Virus record (IMG/VR): IMGVR_UViG_3300023173_001030
Location: 1-25,809 of that record
Direction: 5' to 3' (one strand)
DNA length: 25,809 nt
DNA from: a virus
Lineage: Duplodnaviria > Caudoviricetes
Shown: piece after piece, positions 15,459 through 23,133 of the stretch
How positions within the stretch are numbered: position 1 is the stretch's first letter
How the letters are laid out: each line of letters begins with the position of its first letter
Program-made: the position numbers and the translations under genes
Notes under the pieces: generated by a model
Database searches by the model: none
Seen by the model: only the letters and a program-made list of their open reading frames with translations
What the model was told of the DNA's origin: nothing

Positions 15459-15806
15459 TTAATCTCCGTAGTGTGAAGCTAAACCTTCTTCCACTAATGT
15501 TTTGTTTACGTCAATTTTATTTCCGTTTTCATCTAAGACGTGTACATATCCTAATGTGCGTCCTGCTTTTCCACGTTTATTTAATATTGTATTACAGTAA
15601 AATTCTTTACCAATTAATTCTATCAATCTATTTTTACAACGAGCTGCTCGTTCTTTTTCATCAGATGAATAACTTTTTAAATCTGGAGGATTAACACCAA
15701 ATAATTTAATACGCTGTCTTACTAATATATTAAATCCTAAGTCAATCTCAGCATCAATTGTGCTACCGTCAATCACTCTGATAGTTAAACATTTATATTC
15801 GTACAT
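15459..15806 (-). CDS. Thermonuclease (SNase)-like protein, probably catalytically degenerate
   Basis: YEYKC..IRVIDGSTIDAEIDLGF...QRIKLFGVNPPD...GKAGRTLG...VNKTLVEEGLA. Confidence 0.8.
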   Translation of the reverse strand: MYEYKCLTIRVIDGSTIDAEIDLGFNILVRQRIKLFGVNPPDLKSYSSDEKERAARCKNRLIELIGKEFYCNTILNKRGKAGRTLGYVHVLDENGNKIDVNKTLVEEGLASHYGD

Positions 15807-15809
15807 GGA

Positions 15810-16499
15810 TTACTCCTTGTTACCTGGCTTTTGACTTGCTAGCCATTTTTTAGCTGCTGGCATACGAGGAGGAGTTTCTAAAAATCTATGTAAATCTTTT
15901 TGTATTTCGTTAAAGTTCTTTGCTCTATTAGGATCTTCTAAGCCGCCGCTGTTATCAACTACTGCAAATTTAGAACCGCCAAATACTTGCTGGAATGCCA
16001 TAATATTTTGTTGCACATCATTCCACATTTTTTCAACAACTTTAGGATCTAAACTTCTAGGTCTTTGTAAGTTTCGGTCCTGTGCTACTTCTAAACTAGT
16101 ATTAACAAACAACATCATTGTTTCATAACCTAGTTCTTTTAACATGTCGTTTGTTTTTGAAACTTTAGCAACATCTTTACCTGTGCCGTCAATAATTAAA
16201 CCTAAACGTCCATCCAGATGACTATCTTGCTTACGCTTAGTAATTTCTTTAGCACGGTTTCGTATTTCTTGTCCTTGTGGTGAAAAAATAGTCTCGGGAT
16301 CTAACGCCAAGTCTTGTTTTTTCATCATATATTCATATATTTCGTCACTGTTAATAGTACGAAGGCCGGTACCTCTAAGTAGTTTACCAGCCACAAACGA
16401 CTTTCCACTACCAGAGCCACCAGCCATGAACACTGCTTTAAAAATGTGAGGGTCGTTTGGACCTTCTTCAATGGGTTGTACTACTTCATAAATTTTCAT
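15810..16499 (-). CDS. P-loop kinase, zeta-toxin/AAA_33-like
   Basis: KAVFMAGGSGSGKS (Walker A), INSD, LIIDGTG, MLFVNTSLEVAQDRN..R.R. Confidence 0.8.
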   Translation of the reverse strand: MKIYEVVQPIEEGPNDPHIFKAVFMAGGSGSGKSFVAGKLLRGTGLRTINSDEIYEYMMKKQDLALDPETIFSPQGQEIRNRAKEITKRKQDSHLDGRLGLIIDGTGKDVAKVSKTNDMLKELGYETMMLFVNTSLEVAQDRNLQRPRSLDPKVVEKMWNDVQQNIMAFQQVFGGSKFAVVDNSGGLEDPNRAKNFNEIQKDLHRFLETPPRMPAAKKWLASQKPGNKE

Positions 16500-16523
16500 A
16501 CATATATTTATGCAAATATGAAG

Positions 16524-17039
16524 TTAATCCCAACGGTAAAACTTGTGTACTCCTATTGTGCCAATAAATGTCATTTTACGTGCCCAACTAGGCTTTACAT
16601 AGTTAGCATGATAGTGTGTTGCACCTTCAGTTAGTCCACGAAAGTCTTCAAACTTCATGATACGCCAAGCAAGTGTTTGTGCACTTACCCATGCATCCTG
16701 ATCTGCAGGTTTGTCTGCTTTTCCGTCACAGTACCAACTAAACTGACACTTATTACGAATCATATTACCATTTTCATCTGTGCGTCCTTGCTTAACAACT
16801 TCGCATACTGTATTAGGATAGCGACTGTCACGTACACGATTCAGCACAACATCACTTACACCAATTTGATCTGCCATGCTAGATCCACGTGCTTCGTAGT
16901 AAATGTTTAATGCCATGCAATATGTTTCAGGAAAATGTTCTTCGCTGTAGCCAGCAAACGTTTGTTCTGTTGCGTGTACACTTGTTGTTAGCATAACCGT
17001 AACAATGCTCATTAGAAGTCGTTTCATCTTCTGCCTCAT
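16524..17039 (-). CDS. Cell wall hydrolase, SleB/CwlJ (Hydrolase_2) family
   Basis: Signal peptide; CMALNIYYEARG, VVLNRV.D.RYPNTVCEVVKQ, CQFSWYCDG, GATHYHANYVKPSW, IGVHKFY. Confidence 0.92.
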   Translation of the reverse strand: MRQKMKRLLMSIVTVMLTTSVHATEQTFAGYSEEHFPETYCMALNIYYEARGSSMADQIGVSDVVLNRVRDSRYPNTVCEVVKQGRTDENGNMIRNKCQFSWYCDGKADKPADQDAWVSAQTLAWRIMKFEDFRGLTEGATHYHANYVKPSWARKMTFIGTIGVHKFYRWD

Positions 17040-17051
17040 TTTTTGGATTAA

Positions 17052-17273
17052 TTATAACTGTCCAAACCTGATTACTTTACGGACAGCACCTCGGTCATCG
17101 AGAAGTTTAACTTCGCCGTCTTTAACTTGTCCTTGTTGTGTCAAGCCGTGACGATCTTTTACTTTATTCCGCATATGTTGGATCGCTGCATTTTTAGATC
17201 CAAACAACTCAAATTCTTTTTTAACACTTCCATGTGCATTATACTCAATAGTTTGAATTTCAAATGTTGCCAT
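17052..17273 (-). CDS. Hypothetical protein
   Basis: AGGAG SD and own promoter. Confidence 0.7.
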   Translation of the reverse strand: MATFEIQTIEYNAHGSVKKEFELFGSKNAAIQHMRNKVKDRHGLTQQGQVKDGEVKLLDDRGAVRKVIRFGQL

Positions 17274-17297
17274 AAAAATAACTCCTAATACACACTT

Positions 17298-17326
17298 AAT
17301 ATAGTATTTTTGTTTACAAATGTCAA
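17298..17326 (-). promoter_or_regulatory. Sigma70-type promoter
   Basis: TTGACA-N17-TATATT. Confidence 0.7.
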
Positions 17327-17330
17327 GTGT

Positions 17331-17633
17331 TTACCAGTCTTTTTTTATGCCTTCTTGTTCATTCCATTCGTATCCTGCATAGTATGCATCAATTTGATCC
17401 TGCGACATCATACTACGTTCTACTTTTGCACTAGTGCCAGTACCTTCTACATAAAAGTGAGGATGTGGTGCCCTGCCATAATAGCTATCAGCACTACCAC
17501 GATCAAACGGACCACCATGTCGCAAAAGTTCATTACTGCTTTCGAAGTCAAGATCATATTTTTTACCTTTGTATTCAAAGTATTCTGGTTGCGTAACTTT
17601 TGAAGCAATCGTAATCGGCAACTCTCCTGACAT
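17331..17633 (-). CDS. Hypothetical phage protein
   Basis: RHGGPFDRGSADSYYGR..PH...Y.AGY pattern; TAATG coupling. Confidence 0.75.
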   Translation of the reverse strand: MSGELPITIASKVTQPEYFEYKGKKYDLDFESSNELLRHGGPFDRGSADSYYGRAPHPHFYVEGTGTSAKVERSMMSQDQIDAYYAGYEWNEQEGIKKDW

Positions 17634-17998
17634 TATTCGGTCTCCGTATTTGTATCTGGAGTTAGTTTTTCAAATCCAATGCCTGCAACACGAAATTTGT
17701 CAGCACCGATGACCATTATGTCTCCCATTGAAGTAGAACGAATTCCCATCTTCCGACCACCAACATCGTGTAAGTCTGCTAGCACTGTAACGTTCTCGTT
17801 ATAATCGCCATTGATATGTGTTTCGCCGTCGGGCATATCAAAAAATTCTTCTTTAATACTCCAGGAACCCATAATGTTATTGGTCCAACGATAAGCATAC
17901 GACATTGCTTCTTCTAGGCCACATTCAAACGGAACATTAACTATTGCTACTGTGTTTGCTTCTTCTTCGAATGCTGAGTGTATTACTGTTACTTCCAT
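17633..17998 (-). CDS. Hypothetical phage protein (RSTSMGD motif)
   Basis: AGGAG SD; AYRWTNNIMGSWS and RSTSMGD...FRVAGIGF motifs. Confidence 0.75.
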   Translation of the reverse strand: MEVTVIHSAFEEEANTVAIVNVPFECGLEEAMSYAYRWTNNIMGSWSIKEEFFDMPDGETHINGDYNENVTVLADLHDVGGRKMGIRSTSMGDIMVIGADKFRVAGIGFEKLTPDTNTETE

Positions 17999-18010
17999 TT
18001 TAGTCTCCTA

Positions 18011-18035
18011 TTAACGCTTACATATATAATATAAG
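18011..18035. repeat. 25-bp direct repeat, copy 1 (promoter -10 and leader)
   Basis: ttaacgcttacatatataatataag, identical to 18597-18621; overlaps TTGAAA-N17-TATATT (18028-18056). Confidence 0.8.
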
Positions 18036-18052
18036 ATGTCTTGAACTAATTT

Positions 18053-18325
18053 TCAAGAGCTGTTTTGAACTTTTTTTACAAAAGTGTCTTTTAGTGTTTT
18101 TTCTGCAACACCTGATGCTAGTACCGTATCACGCATCAGTCCTTTTGAGATAGTGTATGTACCATCTTCTTCTTGGTCAATATTGTAGTGTGTTGCATCT
18201 GAAGTGTAAGCATACAACATGATTTGCAAACCAGTAGGAGTAGAATAAGAACTGGTTCTGCCATAATCAAAATGATCAAAGCCTTGCGATTTAAGGATCT
18301 CGTTAATTTTAGTACCCATGTTCAT
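18053..18325 (-). CDS. Hypothetical protein
   Basis: AAGGA SD; co-oriented with neighbours. Confidence 0.65.
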   Translation of the reverse strand: MNMGTKINEILKSQGFDHFDYGRTSSYSTPTGLQIMLYAYTSDATHYNIDQEEDGTYTISKGLMRDTVLASGVAEKTLKDTFVKKVQNSS

Positions 18326-18434
18326 TGTATTCTTCCTTTAATGCGTTCCAAAGTGTTTCAGGAATAACGTGATAGCCTTGTGCAGCACGTGCTGCACAAT
18401 ATGCTTTGTATGTCGGATAACTAACTGCTAACAT
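18309..18434 (-). CDS. 41-aa hypothetical protein MLAVSYPTYKAYCAARAAQGYHVIPETLWNALKEEYNEHGY (not in track)
   Basis: TAATG coupling to the upstream gene; fills the gap. Confidence 0.6.
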   Translation of the reverse strand: MLAVSYPTYKAYCAARAAQGYHVIPETLWNALKEEYNEHGY

Positions 18435-18583
18435 TAAAGTTGCTCACATACTGCGTGACCTTCTGACAGGTCAACTACAACAACAGTTTCTTGCACAGGA
18501 TACTGTGTAATAAAATCTGATGCTGCTTGGAAACTGGTGAAAAAGAATGATTGTTGACGGTCAAAATCTACTACTGCAAACAT
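18434..18583 (-). CDS. 49-aa hypothetical protein (MFAVVDFDRQQSFFF...)
   Basis: AAGGAG SD before ATG 18583; the track's start at 18721 would run through the promoter and the HNH gene. Confidence 0.65.
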   Translation of the reverse strand: MFAVVDFDRQQSFFFTSFQAASDFITQYPVQETVVVVDLSEGHAVCEQL

Positions 18584-18596
18584 TGCTAACTCCTTT

Positions 18597-18621
18597 TTAA
18601 CGCTTACATATATAATATAAG
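18597..18621. repeat. 25-bp direct repeat, copy 2 (promoter -10 and leader)
   Basis: Identical to 18011-18035; overlaps TTGATT-N17-TATATT (18614-18642). Confidence 0.8.
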
Positions 18622-18672
18622 TGGTCGACAACCAGAAATCAACCGAATTCGTAAAAAAAGAAATGAATGCTT

Positions 18673-19218
18673 TCAATAGGTTATAATTTTTTTTTCTTCT
18701 AAATCTAACCATTGATACCAACTTGGATGCCGTACTTGTATTTCCATTTGCTTGCGTTTACGTACAAGTTCAAAGTATCCAGGTCTATATGGTTTGTTTT
18801 TAGGTCTCCATTCTGGACCTACTTTATTGCCTTTACGACTGTTGCAAGGATTACATGCTGTTACACTGTTTTCCCATGTGGTTTGTCCGCCTTTGCTTAA
18901 CGGATGTACATGGTCTAATGTTAATGAAGATTTAGCAAATTTGTTTTCACAGTATTGGCAAACATACATATCTCTCATATACAGGTTTGCTCGTGAAAAA
19001 CGCACCTGTCTGGTGCGTCTTAGATAATCCTTTAACATGATCACAGCGGGGACTTTCGTCTCCCAGGAGGGACTCCGGACCATCCAATCGTCGTACCATT
19101 CCATAACTGTACATTTGTTGTGATACATATACATCACAGCTTCTTTCCATTGTACAACACTAAGGGGGAGATAATTTACGGGTTGCCCATCGGCATTTAA
19201 AACAAGTGTATCGCTCAT
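18673..19218 (-). CDS. HNH endonuclease (McrA-like)
   Basis: LVLNAD..P...W.EA, RDMYVCQYC, TLDHVHPLSKGG..TWENSVTACNPCNSRKG. Confidence 0.9.
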   Translation of the reverse strand: MSDTLVLNADGQPVNYLPLSVVQWKEAVMYMYHNKCTVMEWYDDWMVRSPSWETKVPAVIMLKDYLRRTRQVRFSRANLYMRDMYVCQYCENKFAKSSLTLDHVHPLSKGGQTTWENSVTACNPCNSRKGNKVGPEWRPKNKPYRPGYFELVRKRKQMEIQVRHPSWYQWLDLEEKKIITY

Positions 19219-19226
19219 ACTAATAT

Positions 19227-19583
19227 TTATTTGTCGTCTTTGAAGAATGCAGATAAATCAGGTTCAAAAATAAAATCTTCGTCTGTATCTTCCAGTGTCC
19301 ACAGATCTTCTGTGTCATATGTTACAGTGTATGTTTCTGATGAATCGATATGTTGTATATCATTCCAAAGTCGTTTTAAACTATCTTCTGACCAATAGTG
19401 TTGATCAGGTAATTCAGTATTTTGAATTGTATTCAAAAATCCGTCCCAACGATGATATTGTTCTACATCATCACTATTGCAAGGATTATATCCTTCTTTA
19501 ATCATATCTTTTAATAGTTTTCGGTCTTTAATACCGCTTTTGAGATATGCACGTTCTAGTTCAAAGTCGATTACATTGTCCAT
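19227..19583 (-). CDS. Hypothetical acidic protein
   Basis: TAATG coupling; 118 aa. Confidence 0.7.
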   Translation of the reverse strand: MDNVIDFELERAYLKSGIKDRKLLKDMIKEGYNPCNSDDVEQYHRWDGFLNTIQNTELPDQHYWSEDSLKRLWNDIQHIDSSETYTVTYDTEDLWTLEDTDEDFIFEPDLSAFFKDDK

Positions 19584-19873
19584 TAGTCACACTCTGGAAA
19601 TTTATATTCTACAATTTTTTTGATAGGTTTATAATGTCCGTTAAGTTTTTCTTTAACGTACGACTTGGGCTCTTCTGTACCAAATCTATAAATCGCTTGT
19701 TTTGCAAAACTGAATATCTGTCTTTTATTACTAGACAGTATAGTTTCACGCATATCGTTGTCGCCTAAATCATCTAAGTATCTTAATGCATATGTTGTAA
19801 TATCATCTATACTTAATGGGACCTCTACCTTTGCCAATATTTTTCTACCGTTGCCAGTGTCTTTGCTTCTCAT
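19583..19873 (-). CDS. Hypothetical protein
   Basis: AAGG SD; 96 aa. Confidence 0.7.
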   Translation of the reverse strand: MRSKDTGNGRKILAKVEVPLSIDDITTYALRYLDDLGDNDMRETILSSNKRQIFSFAKQAIYRFGTEEPKSYVKEKLNGHYKPIKKIVEYKFPECD

Positions 19874-19947
19874 TGTTGTGCCTTTCAGTGCCTAAATATG
19901 TATTGTCATGTGCCATGACATCTCTCCATAATTTCTTACTATGTAAG

Positions 19948-19976
19948 ATACTATGGCAAGATGACTTGCTTGTCAA
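19948..19976 (-). promoter_or_regulatory. Sigma70-type promoter with a dyad in the spacer
   Basis: TTGACA-N17-TAGTAT; the spacer contains CAAGTCATCTTG. Confidence 0.6.
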
Positions 19977-20006
19977 CCAAAAAGTGTTGGTTTGCAGTAA
20001 TATTTA

Positions 20007-22502
20007 TTAAATTATATCTAAGATTTCTAAACTTACAGCCCAATTAACATCAGTAACATCATCACCTTTAGTTGTAATTTTGAAACTATTGTTGAATACA
20101 CTTGCTGTAACATTCCAACCATCGTAATACAAAACAAACTTTGTATTGTTAGCAGGATCATCTTCAAATGGATTTACAGTTTGCCCTGCATCTACTTCCC
20201 ATAGCTTATAATCATATTCGACTATATCTCCTGCATTATATGTAGTTGCTGCATTCCATAAATCATAGTTAGATTCTTGTGTGTCACGTTGATAGTCTGT
20301 TCTAACAGGAGTACCTATCATTGTTGTTGTACCTCCTACATTTTGAACAGTACCTTCAATTTTAAAAGTTCTTGTTTGATTTGTAGTAGGAGATTTCCCA
20401 ATTGCTTTAACTGTAAAGAACCAAGATTCGTCAGTGGCAGGCTGAGGCAATGTTCCGTTAAACAGTACATCGGTTGTTATAGATGCTGTAGTAGTCGATG
20501 TTGTTGCTTTTAGTAGTCCTGGATTACTAATAGTAACTGTATTACCTGTATTTGCTACGTTAACTGTACTATCACCTACAAGTGTTTTAAATTGAAATGT
20601 GTTGCCAACTCTACCAGAAAATAGTTCAACTTCATTGCCGATATTTTCTGCTGCTAATTGTTCACCTATTGTAATGTCATCTGCATTTTGTGTTACAGTA
20701 ATAGCACCGCTTGCATTTAACTTACGAAGTTCACTTTCACTTGTAATTAAATTATTTTGTTTAAATATTTCTGATCCAGTACCAATGTTAGTGATATCAG
20801 CAATTCCTGACCCTGTGTTTCCACTACCTTGTCCGATTTCTAACCATTGTGCTACATGAGAAAAGTATGCTTCTATTTTATTAGTATCTGTATTATAACG
20901 AATTCTGCCAGGCTCGCTACTTGCTCTCTGTAATGTAGTTCCAACTGGAATTTTTAAACTATCGTTACCAGGAACAATTGCATTGTCAGCTAACCTTACA
21001 ATGACATCTCCGCCAACACCTGTGCTATTATTCACAACAACTTGATTTTGTGTTCCATATACACCACGTGTTAGTGCAGTGTCTCCATTTTTAACAACAA
21101 TGCCACTACTAGATAAATTTCTTAAAGATTTTAAGAATGCAGAAAATGTTTCGTTCATTTGTTGGAAATCAGACATTGTCTGAGTAGAAGTATTCTTTTT
21201 TACATAACTTGTAAGAATATCACTTCTTACAACAATATCTCCTGCATTAAGAGATAATGCTAGTTGTCCAGACTCGCTTCCCACAATGTGAACTGCACCA
21301 GAACTACCTGTTGTTGTATTATAAACAATTGTAGTATTTGATGTTGTACTGCTACCTTCGCCAGATGCAAATGTACTATAGCCGCCAGCATTGTATCCAG
21401 GATTGTTTGATAGTTCGGCTGGCTCTGCACCGTCACTTGTTTGTTGATCTCGCTGTTCAAATACTTCTCGGTAACCTTTAATATTACCACAGTAATCGTA
21501 TACAGGAACTTGGTTACTTACTGTAGGTAATGGCTCATCATCTCTTTTTAATATGTCTAATATTTCGTCATCAAAAAGTAATTCAAAAATGTTAGCATAT
21601 TCTTCTACTTCTCCAGAATCTGGATCGACGTACTGAACGGGATAGCCTGCCAAGTTATCGTATAAACTTTTCATACTGTTAGCAATACCTGCATTGCTTG
21701 CAACATTACCACTTCCAGGATTATGCATTACTCCTACACGATCACTGGTTTGATATTCTGTTGTAGACTGTGTAAAGTTACTACCGCCCAAGTCGTGTGC
21801 ACCTGTAATGTTATTTTCAAATGCGATAAGATTTGATACTTCTGTTCGTAATGCTTCAGCTCTCGATACCAAACTTGCAATTTCATTTAATGGTAAAGCG
21901 CCAGCTAACACATCGTCAATTCGAGCACCGATTTCTCCTAGTAGTCCTCCAACAAATGCATTTGGATTGAATGCTTGGCCACAAAGATTTACATCCATAT
22001 TAGGTGCAAGTTGTCCCAAGTCGTTCATTATTTTTTGACCTGGTCCTAAGAAGCTACCAAAACTTCTTTCTAACATATTAGGTATAGCAACAGGGTCAAT
22101 TGGCTTTGCACAGAAATTTAACAAACTAGCTACTTGTTGTGCTTCAGCTAATATTAAGTTAGCACGACCTAATACTTCATCTAACTTAGTATGATCCATG
22201 AAATCATTTAGTGCTTCACCTGCTTGTGTTATTGCATCTAACACTTCTTGCTGCATGTTAAGCGGCTGTGCTAATAATGCATCTAAACTACATTTTAAAT
22301 TAAGTTGTAAGTTTGGAAGTTTAACACCGTTGCCACTTAATATACCGCACATAATTTCACGCATTGTGAAACTATATTCTGCACCAACTACTATTCTAGC
22401 AGCGTCGACGCTTGCACTAACAGTGCCACTTAAATGATGTTTACCATCTAAGTAATCGTTAACATTTTGTAAACCTGCTTTGAAATCTGTATAGTCTACC
22501 AT
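20007..22502 (-). CDS. Large virion structural protein (baseplate/tail-associated) with C-terminal CBM5/12-like motif
   Basis: Follows the PAAR gene; LKIPVGTT.QR...GRIRYNTDT..IEAY..QW and NIG.G.E.F repeats typical of T4-like fibre proteins; WNAATTYNAGDIVEY...W. Confidence 0.65.
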   Translation of the reverse strand: MVDYTDFKAGLQNVNDYLDGKHHLSGTVSASVDAARIVVGAEYSFTMREIMCGILSGNGVKLPNLQLNLKCSLDALLAQPLNMQQEVLDAITQAGEALNDFMDHTKLDEVLGRANLILAEAQQVASLLNFCAKPIDPVAIPNMLERSFGSFLGPGQKIMNDLGQLAPNMDVNLCGQAFNPNAFVGGLLGEIGARIDDVLAGALPLNEIASLVSRAEALRTEVSNLIAFENNITGAHDLGGSNFTQSTTEYQTSDRVGVMHNPGSGNVASNAGIANSMKSLYDNLAGYPVQYVDPDSGEVEEYANIFELLFDDEILDILKRDDEPLPTVSNQVPVYDYCGNIKGYREVFEQRDQQTSDGAEPAELSNNPGYNAGGYSTFASGEGSSTTSNTTIVYNTTTGSSGAVHIVGSESGQLALSLNAGDIVVRSDILTSYVKKNTSTQTMSDFQQMNETFSAFLKSLRNLSSSGIVVKNGDTALTRGVYGTQNQVVVNNSTGVGGDVIVRLADNAIVPGNDSLKIPVGTTLQRASSEPGRIRYNTDTNKIEAYFSHVAQWLEIGQGSGNTGSGIADITNIGTGSEIFKQNNLITSESELRKLNASGAITVTQNADDITIGEQLAAENIGNEVELFSGRVGNTFQFKTLVGDSTVNVANTGNTVTISNPGLLKATTSTTTASITTDVLFNGTLPQPATDESWFFTVKAIGKSPTTNQTRTFKIEGTVQNVGGTTTMIGTPVRTDYQRDTQESNYDLWNAATTYNAGDIVEYDYKLWEVDAGQTVNPFEDDPANNTKFVLYYDGWNVTASVFNNSFKITTKGDDVTDVNWAVSLEILDII

Positions 22503-22504
22503 TA

Positions 22505-22804
22505 CTAACTCCCGTTACCTGCTCGTACATTTGGACTAGCAGTTTTAGCTCTCGGATTACAGTGTGCACCACCTGGACATAATCCGTCTGGTCGTGCAGG
22601 ATCACGTATTAGAATAACTGGTAAATTATTTGCTTGAACTTTACCAACAGTAATTGTTGCTCTTAAATTGCCGCCGCCGTGACTGTTCGGATCATTGTGA
22701 ATACTAATCCAACGACCGTTAACACGAACATCTCTACTTCGTGCTCGTGTTCTTGCGCTACAATCTCTTAAATCATTATGTCTGTGAACGGGTCTATGTG
22801 CCAT
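22505..22804 (-). CDS. PAAR-like spike-tip protein (T4 gp5.4-like)
   Basis: HR.ND...C, VRVNGR, D.NSHGGG, V.ANN.PV, LC....HC.P....S.NVRAG. Confidence 0.75.
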   Translation of the reverse strand: MAHRPVHRHNDLRDCSARTRARSRDVRVNGRWISIHNDPNSHGGGNLRATITVGKVQANNLPVILIRDPARPDGLCPGGAHCNPRAKTASPNVRAGNGS

Positions 22805-22809
22805 ACTAC

Positions 22810-22817
22810 TATTTATA
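22810..22817 (-). promoter_or_regulatory. T4-type late promoter TATAAATA, 5 nt upstream of the PAAR ATG
   Basis: TATAAATA-GTAGT-ATG. Confidence 0.7.
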
Positions 22818-23133
22818 GTATGAGTGATGCCTCTGCTTTTGCTATTCCAGTAGTAGATTCTAAATAACTATTTGCAAGAGTGTCAATAGGTTTGCTTACT
22901 GCAACAATTTGACTTTTGTTAATAACAACAGGTGCACTGTCGTGTGCATCAATACTCATTAACCAAGGAATAAGCATTGCTCTGCCGTCTGTTGGATTGA
23001 GTGTTAGTACAGTTGGTTTAACTACTTTTAGTTCACTTCCTGTATCTGCATCAAACCGTGCTACTAATTCTTCTCCTGTACTGAGTTTAATTGTAGCTGT
23101 GTCGCCTTTTTTAAAGTTTGAAATCACCAACAT
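22813..23133 (-). CDS. Sm-like fold protein of T4-like phages
   Basis: TIKLSTGEELVA...VVKP..L...LIPW...Y...TTGI pattern. Confidence 0.6.
   Translation of the reverse strand: MLVISNFKKGDTATIKLSTGEELVARFDADTGSELKVVKPTVLTLNPTDGRAMLIPWLMSIDAHDSAPVVINKSQIVAVSKPIDTLANSYLESTTGIAKAEASLIL

Noticed and set aside
9146-16499. Toxin-antitoxin pair (zeta kinase) or restriction-modification system (PD-(D/E)XK protein)
   Set aside because: No epsilon-like antitoxin or methyltransferase is adjacent in this window.
19045-19080. GC-rich hairpin with GAAA loop in the HNH gene as a ribozyme or riboswitch
   Set aside because: No hammerhead CUGANGA core or other consensus; it is explained by the coding sequence.
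18673-19218. HNH gene as a mobile homing endonuclease
   Set aside because: It is a free-standing McrA-like HNH without NUMOD or AP2 domains and does not interrupt a gene; mobility cannot be supported.
9634-21490. Nested minus-strand alternative-frame ORFs (9634-9855, 10410-10616, 18947-19150, 21260-21490)
   Set aside because: Each lies wholly inside a longer gene with clear motifs and has no independent support.
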